Of a stretch of 64,000 nt of DNA, positions 20,601 to 29,177 are shown one piece after another. This DNA is from Sedimentisphaeraceae bacterium JB056 (GTDB lineage Bacteria; Planctomycetota; Phycisphaerae; Sedimentisphaerales; Sedimentisphaeraceae). The stretch is from the NCBI GenBank assembly GCA_044440125.1, contig JBITAJ010000021.1, positions 247,948 through 311,947 on the forward strand, given 5' to 3'. Position 1 is the stretch's first letter. Each line of letters opens with the position of its first letter. Both the position numbers and the translations under genes were made by a program. The notes under the pieces were generated by a model. The model was not told the DNA's origin. It did no database searches and was given only the letters and a program-made list of their open reading frames with translations.

Positions 20601-22118
20601 GCCTGAGGAAATCTCAATATCCTTCCATTTCGGTTGAATATAAGCAATATCCCATCCGAGTGCAGACAATTTCTTTGCTGAACGTTTATCAAGTTCACCA
20701 ATAGTCATCGTATAACACATTTGTTCTTGATTAGGGAAACTACCCTTAACCTTTGATGCAATACTGTCAAGCACTGCTATTTTTACACTGTCACATTTTA
20801 TATTTTCTCCACCTATACTGCAATCAAGTCCTAATTCATAAGCACCAGATTGAGAATTTTCTGCACAGTTAATATTGACCTTTTCACAAACACCATTAAC
20901 ACCAACCGTCAAATCAACGACCTGACTTTTGATAATTCGGCCTGTTTCAAGAAATTTCAAATACGCCTTGCCCGAAACCAATGCGGATTGGCTGTCATTA
21001 TTTTTAAATATAACATCAAGATTAACACTAAGAGCATCATCTGCGTAAACATATTTTTCAGGAACGATTTTAGCTGTAACAGAATCTACTAAACGACCTT
21101 GAGTAGTCATCGCAATCAAACCAAGGGTATTACTTTGCGTTGACTGACCGACAACCTCAATTTTATCAATTTCTGCATCTGGGTAAGGATTATTTAAAGT
21201 TAAAAGATAAACACTTGCATTCTGCCCAGAAAGTCCGTAATAAACACCTCTCCATGCAACCTTAGCCTGAACAAGATTTGCACTACCGTATATTGAGCCG
21301 CCAGTACTGTAACCCGATACCATATTGCAAATATTGATATGGCTCACAACCGGTACTTCATAACTGTATCCGTTAGTATAACATATTTTATACTTGCCAA
21401 GTAACTCAGAAACTGAAGACTCACAATCTCTTGCAGCATGGAGAAAATATATTTTATCAACAGCCTGATCTACATCTACAGATAATGTACTGCTTGAACT
21501 TGCAACCCAAAGATTACTGCTTATATCAAAAGTAATCCCATCTAAAGTTACATTTCCAACAGGTAGGTCTCGCAAAGGATCACAAGGCGAATCCCATGTA
21601 GATTTTGCAGTATTACCTGTAAAAGAAAGTTTTTTGAATACATCATCATCAGTAGTTGACCTTGTGGTACTGTTCTGACCGTAAGAACTGCCTGTAACAT
21701 CGAGAGCAAAAGCAGTAAGACCTACAGGCTCACCGCCTGCGGCTGAACATACCTCAACATAGACAAAACCATTACTCATCCTCTGCTCTACTGGTGTTGT
21801 AAGACGAAAATAACTGGTAGGATTATGCATTAAATAGGTAATATCATATCCAGTAACACCAGTCAAAGAAGAGACCTTCTCATTTAACTCCCATAAAGGT
21901 ATCTCTGTCTCAATATCCGGCAATACATAAACTTCCGGTTGCTCCGATGCTGAAATACTTATTTCTATTTCATCCGCATCTACTGGCAAATTAAGCATAT
22001 AAACATAAGGTTCTGAAGTATCTGTTGTAAGCTTAGTAACTCTCCAGTTTTCAATTTGACCAACTACGCAGGAAGACAAAACCCAGACACCTAAAAATAT
22101 TTTTTTAATATTTATCAT
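17667..22118 (-). CDS. Large secreted multidomain glycoside hydrolase (GH42/beta-galactosidase-like barrel, trimerisation domain, C-terminal beta-propeller-like domain)
   Basis: Signal peptide; W.DIE...G.YDFS, YDYS, WMKFR; KTYVEAGGTLV and GSGKVV trimerisation-domain motifs; C-terminal domain shared with 23035-24351. Confidence 0.65.
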   Translation of the reverse strand: MINIKKIFLGVWVLSSCVVGQIENWRVTKLTTDTSEPYVYMLNLPVDADEIEISISASEQPEVYVLPDIETEIPLWELNEKVSSLTGVTGYDITYLMHNPTSYFRLTTPVEQRMSNGFVYVEVCSAAGGEPVGLTAFALDVTGSSYGQNSTTRSTTDDDVFKKLSFTGNTAKSTWDSPCDPLRDLPVGNVTLDGITFDISSNLWVASSSSTLSVDVDQAVDKIYFLHAARDCESSVSELLGKYKICYTNGYSYEVPVVSHINICNMVSGYSTGGSIYGSANLVQAKVAWRGVYYGLSGQNASVYLLTLNNPYPDAEIDKIEVVGQSTQSNTLGLIAMTTQGRLVDSVTAKIVPEKYVYADDALSVNLDVIFKNNDSQSALVSGKAYLKFLETGRIIKSQVVDLTVGVNGVCEKVNINCAENSQSGAYELGLDCSIGGENIKCDSVKIAVLDSIASKVKGSFPNQEQMCYTMTIGELDKRSAKKLSALGWDIAYIQPKWKDIEISSGSYDFSDYNNTINNATLESLGVSIGSVTWATKNYNGNYGIPDWITDEMVSRDGYVTPDGSIFSDNYTNSLMSFWNALASYCSTKQNVLAYVPTGPGNDHVYNFGGQIYQENGRMYDYSTFADTKWAQWLQNSGITIAEINSNTGLSLGTYAEVPMPETKTEYGEYLWGLWMKFRRDGALDFFSQAANVIRQQDSSAKIEIKQSGGWLTWGNMQGSYIDGLIDVADNCSGSVLKTGSEWIDQFIVPGAIANHKDISIGAEMAILPPPREAFQMAVYNLMTYQGNQACYVYWEVGEPFYNWAQYKPYFDKSLSSEKMLDDVCLLYPSWDTLESGIFEKDEVDEQLLNTNNWGYLFTDHNVSYDSTTDFEDISLNGYSVILDANSKRHSSAYWNKLKTYVEAGGTLVLPYFTDSDDSYQNITNLFGITYGTSVSGSVSFYVTGAPSGYYVDEGCVLSGSGLTAIAKWNSTDIAAAEKTVGSGKVVCLGFPVIKYKNDSARASMVWDISTSLLEHYGVNQNISSSTALQCSFFKEADNSTYFLNVLNKGTSDLKTSITVRLDNTADNADMYKVVNVMTGQSVFVKNNNDVIEFALTYRPYTAEIIHLVPVKWAVQTIQDVPSKIEGSVNSISLSPVDGHLHLGYSSISDAKLRYAIGDDGLFDITDSVTGNAGNYRWISTAVGNDNIHWVVSSNTFSGGAVAVSFKSSMGFWTETVATGTVYGTSIALGSNERPDISWGTSADGSCLKYARRISPGNWSVETVISGGGRYEDSVIVLDSDDNPYIAFRNDWNNSLMFAYKNDTSWTVQTLASNIKNSNTDGSGSLDDDQYSKVLDMAVYDDDIFITYIDTSSDKRVLCRESDGTINSYYVDLTYISSSVSCAVTEEGQLCVCYNDSQAGDLYFSFADSSMQFDSVISVDNTLLNMNIQRYNDLAFSESGFPVMSVFPINTPSMALVQGYHDNGCYVASTLFFSKQISTKTAM

Positions 22119-22171
22119 ATATAATAATCCTTAAAAACATTAACAACTAACAACCATTGCTCTTGAATGTT

Positions 22172-22969
22172 TCAATAATAATACTTTCCAACACCATCTA
22201 ACTCATACTGCATTTTCATATCTTCAAATTTTCTCCAGGTAACATGGCCGTCACCTAAAACCACGTTTCCACCTTGCGGCTCACCATACTGAGGCGGTCT
22301 TGGGTACAAATTATCACGATTATTATCCTTATCCCAGTGATTGACATTATCAAAGCAATCATCCGGCCTGCTCTTAACGTTATCCTGTACAATAACCTGC
22401 TCAGAAGTTGTCTTGCCAACCGATTCGGTTCTCAATTTACTGTCAAGTCCCCATACATTCCAAAAGGTATAACTTGAAGGCAATAAACCAAAACGTTGAT
22501 TACTATAAGAGTTGCCATCTGACATATTGAAATTTCCATCATCAGCCCAATCTTCAATACTTGCCTGGGTTATAGGATAATAATACTTATAATGAGCCGA
22601 ACCAATATCAGTAGGACACCACCAAACTTCGGTATCATAGCCATAATTCATTACCTCGGTCATTGAATAAATACTTATAAGTGTAGGCTGGCCTCTCTTA
22701 GGATCCGACTGAACTTCAAACTCCGGTATACCTTCCCAAAACTTGCCGTCATTATCAGTTGCATAACAAAATAACGCTAAAGATATTTGATGAAGATTAG
22801 TACCGCACAAAGTCTTCTTCGCATTCTGTCTTACCTTGCTGAGAGCCGGCATCATTATTGCCATCAAAACGGCAATTATTGATATCACAACTAAAAGCTC
22901 AATTAGAGTAAAACCACCTGACATTATCCTATTACTTGTCTTCATCTTAATCTTTGACTTCATAATCAC
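22172..22969 (-). CDS. Prepilin-type N-terminal cleavage/methylation protein (DUF1559-like)
   Basis: [26 protein letters not shown]...CGTNL, WWCP, GGNVVLGDGHV. Confidence 0.9.
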   Translation of the reverse strand: MIMKSKIKMKTSNRIMSGGFTLIELLVVISIIAVLMAIMMPALSKVRQNAKKTLCGTNLHQISLALFCYATDNDGKFWEGIPEFEVQSDPKRGQPTLISIYSMTEVMNYGYDTEVWWCPTDIGSAHYKYYYPITQASIEDWADDGNFNMSDGNSYSNQRFGLLPSSYTFWNVWGLDSKLRTESVGKTTSEQVIVQDNVKSRPDDCFDNVNHWDKDNNRDNLYPRPPQYGEPQGGNVVLGDGHVTWRKFEDMKMQYELDGVGKYYY

Positions 22970-22986
22970 TCCGTTAACATATATAT

Positions 22987-23016
22987 TTAATGGGGTGAAT
23001 TAATCCACCCCATTAA
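22987..23016 (-). terminator. Intergenic stem-loop between the dockerin-like gene and the prepilin gene
   Basis: TTAATGGGGTG ... CACCCCATTAA 11-bp perfect inverted repeat. Confidence 0.55.
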
Positions 23017-23034
23017 TTACTAACCCATCAATAA

Positions 23035-24351
23035 TTACCAGTTCACCATACAATCTAAATCAGACGGCTCATTGCAATCCAGCCAGTTAGCTGCAAGAAT
23101 AGCAAAATCACTAAGGCCTACATAACAATCGCCACTAAGATCACCGGGCAACCTTGCACCCATATCAATTACATCCTGGCAGCTAAGTCCCCTGTCAGCA
23201 GTTGCTGACGCCATAGCAATTGATGGTGAATTGATTGGGAAATAACTGATAACCGGCAGGCCTGTACTGCAAATATCTATATCAAGAAATCGCTGTACAT
23301 TCTGGCCATCTTCACTAAGTGAAACAACTGTTTCTGAATAGAAATTACCTGTACTGAGACTGCCTGTTGCAAGATACAGATTACCCTGACTTACATTGTT
23401 ATAAGCAATATAAGCAGTATCACCTACAACCTTCAAAGAAACAGAACGGGCGATTCCTGAATTGGTTACGGTGTATTCGGTATAGGTAGCATCACTGTTG
23501 CGGACCTTAACTTTAACGTGCCCACTTGTATTTGAATACGCAATAACCGCTCTGTCACTTGAATCTATGTCAAGACTGATGACACTTGAGTACTGCTCAT
23601 CATCAGTTCCGCCCGAGCCATCAGACTCTGCATTAAGAACATCTGCAGCAACCTCTTCAATTGTCCATCCGCCCTCTCCATCAGGAAAAGCAAGACTCAT
23701 AACAGTTGCCCCATTCTCTAAAGACCAGTCATTTCTATAAGCAATATAAGGCACATCTGAAGAATCAAATGCAAGCTGTGAATCTTCATAACGACCATTG
23801 CCGCTTATGATTATATCTGTAGTCCATGAACCTGCACCAACTCTTTCAGCATATTTCACACACGAACCGTCAGCAGTTGTTCCATAACTTACAGCAACAT
23901 TATCGTTACTGTCCAAGGCAATTGAAGAACCATATACCGTTCCTGTAGCCACAACTTCACTGAATAAATTTACACCATCTAATGATGTTACAGTTACAGA
24001 ACCACCGCTCCAGGTATTTGTTGAAACAAACCATGGAATATTAGGGTCTGCAACAGCAACATCTATCCATCTTATGTTGCCTAATGCTGCGATACTTCCC
24101 GGCATTATATCAAAATCACCACTTACACCTTCTGCTGCTCTACTTGTTGCATCTGAAATAGCACTGTAGCCTATAACAATCTCATCTCCAACCGGAGATA
24201 CTGCTATAGCATTCTGACTGCCTTCAATCTTTCCAGCAACATCCTGAACTGTCTCTGTCGACCAGTCAAATGGTGCTGCAGTTACAGTAACAACACTTAC
24301 AAAACACAGAAGTAATACAAACCTGAACATATTTTTCATAATTAACTCCAT
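23035..24351 (-). CDS. Secreted beta-propeller-like protein with C-terminal dockerin-like domain
   Basis: Signal peptide; repeated S(I/L)ALDSxDxPxIxY...W blades; GDLSGDCYVGLSDFAILAANWLDC tail. Confidence 0.7.
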   Translation of the reverse strand: MELIMKNMFRFVLLLCFVSVVTVTAAPFDWSTETVQDVAGKIEGSQNAIAVSPVGDEIVIGYSAISDATSRAAEGVSGDFDIMPGSIAALGNIRWIDVAVADPNIPWFVSTNTWSGGSVTVTSLDGVNLFSEVVATGTVYGSSIALDSNDNVAVSYGTTADGSCVKYAERVGAGSWTTDIIISGNGRYEDSQLAFDSSDVPYIAYRNDWSLENGATVMSLAFPDGEGGWTIEEVAADVLNAESDGSGGTDDEQYSSVISLDIDSSDRAVIAYSNTSGHVKVKVRNSDATYTEYTVTNSGIARSVSLKVVGDTAYIAYNNVSQGNLYLATGSLSTGNFYSETVVSLSEDGQNVQRFLDIDICSTGLPVISYFPINSPSIAMASATADRGLSCQDVIDMGARLPGDLSGDCYVGLSDFAILAANWLDCNEPSDLDCMVNW

Positions 24352-24452
24352 AAAAATTTAATATCTTTTAACACAAAGAATGCGCGCAATTCCTCTGTAC
24401 AATCGACATCTATTGCTTAAATTAAAAAAAGATTATATGTATTAAGCCGCTG

Positions 24453-25595
24453 TTAGATCAACGGCCCAGTAGACTCTCTAACAATCAATTCCGGTTTTAA
24501 TGTAAAAATTTCCGGCTCTGCTAATCTATCCTTATGTGCATCGAAAAGTTTTTGCACACCCATTTCACCCATTTCAACCATTTTCGAAGAAATAGTAGTT
24601 AACGATGGAATTGTATAATTACTTGACAGAATATTATCAAATCCGGCAATAGAAATATCCTTAGGTATTGAAAGACCGGCATCACAAACCGCTCTCATTC
24701 CGCCAATAGCCGTTTCATCATTCACAAACAACAAAGCCGTGGGCTTGTCTTTGTTTCTCAATAATGAAGCAACTGCATTATAGCCGTCTTCAAGCCCGAA
24801 ATTACAGTTTTTGACATATTTCCCATAATCAATATCAAGATTATGGTTTGTAATAGCACTTATATATCCCTTATATTTCTGATAACTGTTTTTGTGTTGC
24901 GGTTCAATCGGCCCACAATATCCAATACAGCTGTGGCCAAGATTAACAAGATGATCAACAAGCATCTCAACACCTTTGGCACAATTGATATTTATAGTCG
25001 TAACATTTTTGGCTCTTGATACGCCATTAATCAGTACTACAGGAACATTCAGTGACAATATTTGAGTCCAGCATTCACGATGAGGGTCTCCGCATATAAT
25101 AAAACCAACGTTATCCCATCGCCTCCCTCTTGGCGTCACATTTTCTTCTGCAATAAAATCTTCAAGAAAAGATACACGCAATTTCAAATCTTCATAACGT
25201 GAAGCAGAATTGCGAACACCAACTAAAATATTACTCCAGAAAGGATTACGTGCAAGATAATCAATAGCCGCACCTTTAAGCGTACTACCGGATTCTATAA
25301 GACAATATACAACCTCAAGCTTTGAAAAAGTGCTTTCGACCAATGACTTAACATATACACCCTTACGCGGCTGGCTTGAGAGTAATCCGTCATTAACCAT
25401 CTCAACAATAGCCTTGCCGGCAGTTGCCCTGCTTACACCTATAGCCTCACCAATCTCACGAACTGAAGGAATCTTAGAGCCTGGCAGGATTTTTTCACGA
25501 ACAATATAATCCCATACCTTAGCTTTAGTCTGACTTCGCAAAGACTCATAAGGATTGTCTATTAGCATTTCTTCTTTTAGTGTATCTGTCTGCAT
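24453..25595 (-). CDS. GntR-HTH / LacI sugar-binding-domain regulator (AraR-like architecture)
   Basis: PGSKIPSVREIGEAIGVSRATA GntR wHTH; NDETAIG...SIPKDISIAGFD...PSLTT...LIVREST LacI-type effector domain. Confidence 0.9.
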   Translation of the reverse strand: MQTDTLKEEMLIDNPYESLRSQTKAKVWDYIVREKILPGSKIPSVREIGEAIGVSRATAGKAIVEMVNDGLLSSQPRKGVYVKSLVESTFSKLEVVYCLIESGSTLKGAAIDYLARNPFWSNILVGVRNSASRYEDLKLRVSFLEDFIAEENVTPRGRRWDNVGFIICGDPHRECWTQILSLNVPVVLINGVSRAKNVTTININCAKGVEMLVDHLVNLGHSCIGYCGPIEPQHKNSYQKYKGYISAITNHNLDIDYGKYVKNCNFGLEDGYNAVASLLRNKDKPTALLFVNDETAIGGMRAVCDAGLSIPKDISIAGFDNILSSNYTIPSLTTISSKMVEMGEMGVQKLFDAHKDRLAEPEIFTLKPELIVRESTGPLI

Positions 25596-25610
25596 TTACT
25601 AACTACCTTG

Positions 25611-25783
25611 TCTATCTGTCTTACTTATTAATCACAATATATATCAATCTATCTGTCTTTGCAAGTTTATTTTGAGAAAAAAACAAATTTATTGAACAAA
25701 GTCTCTTAAAACTGCCTGCTTTACCGTTTTTTAAGCTTGACAAAACACCCCAATAGAAGATATATTATAGACAGATAGACAGA
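25611..25783. promoter_or_regulatory. Divergent promoters with repeated AGACAGATAGA operator boxes
   Basis: TCTATCTGTCT at 25611-25621 and 25648-25658, AGACAGATAGA at 25769-25779; plus TTGACA(25737)-18-TATATT(25761); minus TTGCAA(25664)-17-TATATT(25641). Confidence 0.7.
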
Positions 25784-25840
25784 AGATGTATATAAAAGAA
25801 ACAACATTAAGAATTGTTATTACTTGTAAATAGGTGATTT

Positions 25841-26650
25841 ATGAAAAAAACAAACAATATAATATTCACTTCATCCCCTTGGGGATTCAGAGAGACAGAT
25901 TTCTGTCTGCAATGCCAGTGGCTTAAACACAATAATATAGACTTTATATGCGGTCAACTTTTCGATTCTCCCGGACTCTTCTCGCCTAAACTAAGCAAGG
26001 AAAAGCTTTTACAAAAACTTGATATCGCAAATAAATATAACCTTAAATTTGCGAGTTTTAATGTAAACGGTGATTTTACTGTTGATCAAAATATAGACAA
26101 AGAAATCGAAATTTGCAAAAATGATATAAAAAAAGCATCTCTTTTTTCGCCTCAAATAATTATCGTTTTTGCAGGATGGCAGGAAAGAACTGACGAAGCC
26201 GTGTTTGACCAAATCAGCGATTCACTTCAAGAAATAGCTGATTACGCATCAGAATTCGGCATTAAAGTAGCATTAGAAAATCACGGCGGCCTCACTACAA
26301 CACCCCAGCAAATAAACAGAATATTGGATAAAGTACATTCTAACAATATAGGATTAAACTATGATCCTGCAAATTTCCTAATGTATGCACAAGATCCACT
26401 GAAAGCATTAAATACTATAGACCATCCAATATTTTTTACGCATTTCAAGAGCCTTAAATTAGTAAATGGAGCAAAGGAATATTGTAGGATTAACGAAGGG
26501 GAAATTGACTACAAACCAATCTTAGATGCTATAAGCCATAGATATTCAGGATTTTACGGCTTAGAATATGAAGAAACAACAGACGTTTTTGAAGGCTCGC
26601 AAGACGATTTGAACACATTAAAACAACTTCTAAACCTCAAAGAAATATAA
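25841..26650 (+). CDS. Sugar phosphate isomerase/epimerase (xylose-isomerase-like TIM barrel)
   Basis: ALENHGG, NYDPAN, THFKS, GLEYE motifs. Confidence 0.85.
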   Translation: MKKTNNIIFTSSPWGFRETDFCLQCQWLKHNNIDFICGQLFDSPGLFSPKLSKEKLLQKLDIANKYNLKFASFNVNGDFTVDQNIDKEIEICKNDIKKASLFSPQIIIVFAGWQERTDEAVFDQISDSLQEIADYASEFGIKVALENHGGLTTTPQQINRILDKVHSNNIGLNYDPANFLMYAQDPLKALNTIDHPIFFTHFKSLKLVNGAKEYCRINEGEIDYKPILDAISHRYSGFYGLEYEETTDVFEGSQDDLNTLKQLLNLKEI

Positions 26651-26664
26651 AAAGGAAAAATGAA

Positions 26665-27729
26665 ATGTATAAGACATGCAAAGCAATAATAATTCAAAAG
26701 CCTCTCCACGCAGAAGTCAAAGAAATTAAGCTTCCCGAAGTAACAGACGAAAGTATCGTAATAAGAACCTTTTACAGTGCAATCAGCAGCGGCACCGAAG
26801 TTAAGACATGGAATGGGAAAACTGGAAAATTAGGAGGAGAATTATGGTACCCCCTTGTTCCGGGTTACGAACAGGTCGGTATAGTGGAATACGTTGGACC
26901 AAAAGCCAAAATGAAAACGGCACTCGGAGAGGATATCAAAGTCGGAGACCGTGTAATGTCGAATGAAATCCGCAATTATCCCGATTATTGTGCTGCTTGG
27001 GGCGGACAAGTTGAAATATCTGTAAAAAACTCCTCAACCGCCCCGTCACCATTTGATATGCCAGCTATTATTCCTGAAAAGCTGAGCTTTCAAGATGCCG
27101 TGGTATGTTATCTGGCTGCAGTAGCACAAAAAGGAATCAACAAAGTTGGGATCAAAGAAGGAGAAACTGTAATAGTAACCGGAATGGGAGCGGTAGGATT
27201 ATCTGCCCTTCAATTAGCCAAACTTGCCGGTGCTAAAACCATAGCAATTGATAAGGGACAATGGAAAAGTGACAGAGTAAAAAGTATTGCCGATCACGTA
27301 ATCTGCCACAATGCATCATACGAAACACTCATACCGATGGTGGCAGACATTACAAAAGGACGAATGGCTGATGTTGTGATTGAGGCGACCGGAGACTCAA
27401 AAGTAATAAACAATCTCCGCAAACTCACCCGCGATGGCGGCTGGGAAATTGATGATGACGGCGCAAGAGTACACCTTCAGGGCGATTACCCCGAACCGGT
27501 CTGCCTGACTCCGTATCAGGAATGGTTTAATCGCAATCTAAGACTATCAATGAGCTGCGCTCTTAGAGCCGGCGACAAAGAAAGCATACTTAAATTAGCA
27601 TCAGAAGGTAAATTCAATACAGACATACTATGGGACAAAGAAGTTCCTTTAGAACAAGCCCCATTTGAGTATGCAGATATTGAGAATAATCGCGACAATA
27701 GAATGAAAACACTAATAAAATGGAACTGA
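26665..27729 (+). CDS. MDR-superfamily alcohol/sugar dehydrogenase (BchC-like subgroup)
   Basis: SAISSGTE, YPLVPGYE, GMGAVG Rossmann motif, DVVIEATG; no structural-Zn Cys cluster. Confidence 0.82.
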   Translation: MYKTCKAIIIQKPLHAEVKEIKLPEVTDESIVIRTFYSAISSGTEVKTWNGKTGKLGGELWYPLVPGYEQVGIVEYVGPKAKMKTALGEDIKVGDRVMSNEIRNYPDYCAAWGGQVEISVKNSSTAPSPFDMPAIIPEKLSFQDAVVCYLAAVAQKGINKVGIKEGETVIVTGMGAVGLSALQLAKLAGAKTIAIDKGQWKSDRVKSIADHVICHNASYETLIPMVADITKGRMADVVIEATGDSKVINNLRKLTRDGGWEIDDDGARVHLQGDYPEPVCLTPYQEWFNRNLRLSMSCALRAGDKESILKLASEGKFNTDILWDKEVPLEQAPFEYADIENNRDNRMKTLIKWN

Positions 27730-27735
27730 TAATAT

Positions 27736-29124
27736 ATGAAACCTAAAATAATCTTTCTTCCGCATGGGAATCTACAATATTCACAGCTTGAGCCGTCCAA
27801 ACGCAGTTGGGTAATTGAAGAGTGCTACGAAAAACTTTTTGACTTAGTTGATCGCAAAGGTTATAAAATTGGATTTGAGGCATCCGGCTTTACTGTTGAC
27901 GCGATTGCCCAACTTTGCCCCAAGGTAATGGACAAGCTTGCCTCTCTAACAAAATCTGGACAGATAGAACCTGTAGGCTCGCCTTATATCCATATTATGC
28001 TTGGAAATATAGACCCGCAAATTGGCTGCGAAACACTCAAAAAAGGTCGTCAGACATGGGAAAAACACACTAATTATTCTCCCAAAGTAGGTTGGAATCC
28101 AGAATGCAGTTGGGCAAACTATATTCCTGACATTTTTCTTAATGCAGGTTTTGAATCATTGGTAATGGACGGCGACTCTTTCTTGCTGTCATTCGATGAA
28201 ATACGCCAAACAACCGGTCTGGAATTTGATGTTGCGGGTCATAGTAACAAAAACAAGTTATTTAAGATTGAAGAATTCATCAAAAATAAGCCGGATTTCC
28301 TAAAATTCATAACAAATCCTTCAGTAGCTCCAAACGGACTGAAAATGATATTCCGCAGCGATATGATGGCAAATCCTATGCTGTGGTACTTAATGGGTGC
28401 AACTGAAGGTGTCCGTGACAAACCTATTGCAATTAAAGAAATAAGAGAAAGTCTGACTAACTGGAAAGAACGTATAGCTGACAGTGGAAGTTTTATAATG
28501 CCTTTTGCTGAGGACGCCGAATATATTGGCTCCAGTGCTTATTTTTACGTTAAGCAGTTCAATCAAGCCCGTTTCTTTGAATCTGAACCGAAAAGTGTTG
28601 ACCGCTTTGAAGAAATGCTTGATCACGCAATAGATTTGGGATACGAGCTGTGTACGCCAAGTGAAGTAATTTCATCTTCTGACAAAATCATATCGAACGA
28701 CAAGATTTCAGAAATTGAAAGTGGAATAGCTTGGCATGGTGGAACATCAAAAGCATGGGCAAACACAGAACAAGCTCGTATTCTTGACCCTACCTGCCGT
28801 ATGATATTTGAAGGAATCAAAACTATTGCACAAAATATCGGCAAAAGTATTGATTCTCTTGATGGCAATTTAAGGTTAGCACTTGAAAGCTTGACAGGTG
28901 CATATGTCAGTGATTCTCGCTGGCCCCCGGCACCCACAAGTCCGGGAAGATTTAATGTTCGCGAAACATTGGATGATCTTTACCAGTCCAACGAGTTTGC
29001 TGCTCAGGCGATGAAAGACTATAATATTGAGACTCGGAAAAGCTTATATTCACCAACATTAATGAAAACGCAAATAGCATCTGTCGAAAAACAGCTCATG
29101 GCTATGAAATATTTTGGTGAATAG
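27736..29124 (+). CDS. GH57-family glycoside hydrolase (alpha-galactosidase-like)
   Basis: N-terminal HGNLQYS, PYIH, GWNPE nucleophile region, EDAEY acid/base region, SD.RW. Confidence 0.7.
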   Translation: MKPKIIFLPHGNLQYSQLEPSKRSWVIEECYEKLFDLVDRKGYKIGFEASGFTVDAIAQLCPKVMDKLASLTKSGQIEPVGSPYIHIMLGNIDPQIGCETLKKGRQTWEKHTNYSPKVGWNPECSWANYIPDIFLNAGFESLVMDGDSFLLSFDEIRQTTGLEFDVAGHSNKNKLFKIEEFIKNKPDFLKFITNPSVAPNGLKMIFRSDMMANPMLWYLMGATEGVRDKPIAIKEIRESLTNWKERIADSGSFIMPFAEDAEYIGSSAYFYVKQFNQARFFESEPKSVDRFEEMLDHAIDLGYELCTPSEVISSSDKIISNDKISEIESGIAWHGGTSKAWANTEQARILDPTCRMIFEGIKTIAQNIGKSIDSLDGNLRLALESLTGAYVSDSRWPPAPTSPGRFNVRETLDDLYQSNEFAAQAMKDYNIETRKSLYSPTLMKTQIASVEKQLMAMKYFGE

Positions 29125-29177
29125 CAATAAATCAAAACATTTCAGCATCTGAAAAATAACGCATACGAAAACAACCT

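Noticed and set aside
2166..22969. Type II secretion or type IV pilus operon
   Set aside because: Only isolated prepilin-motif genes; no ATPase, secretin or platform genes in the window.
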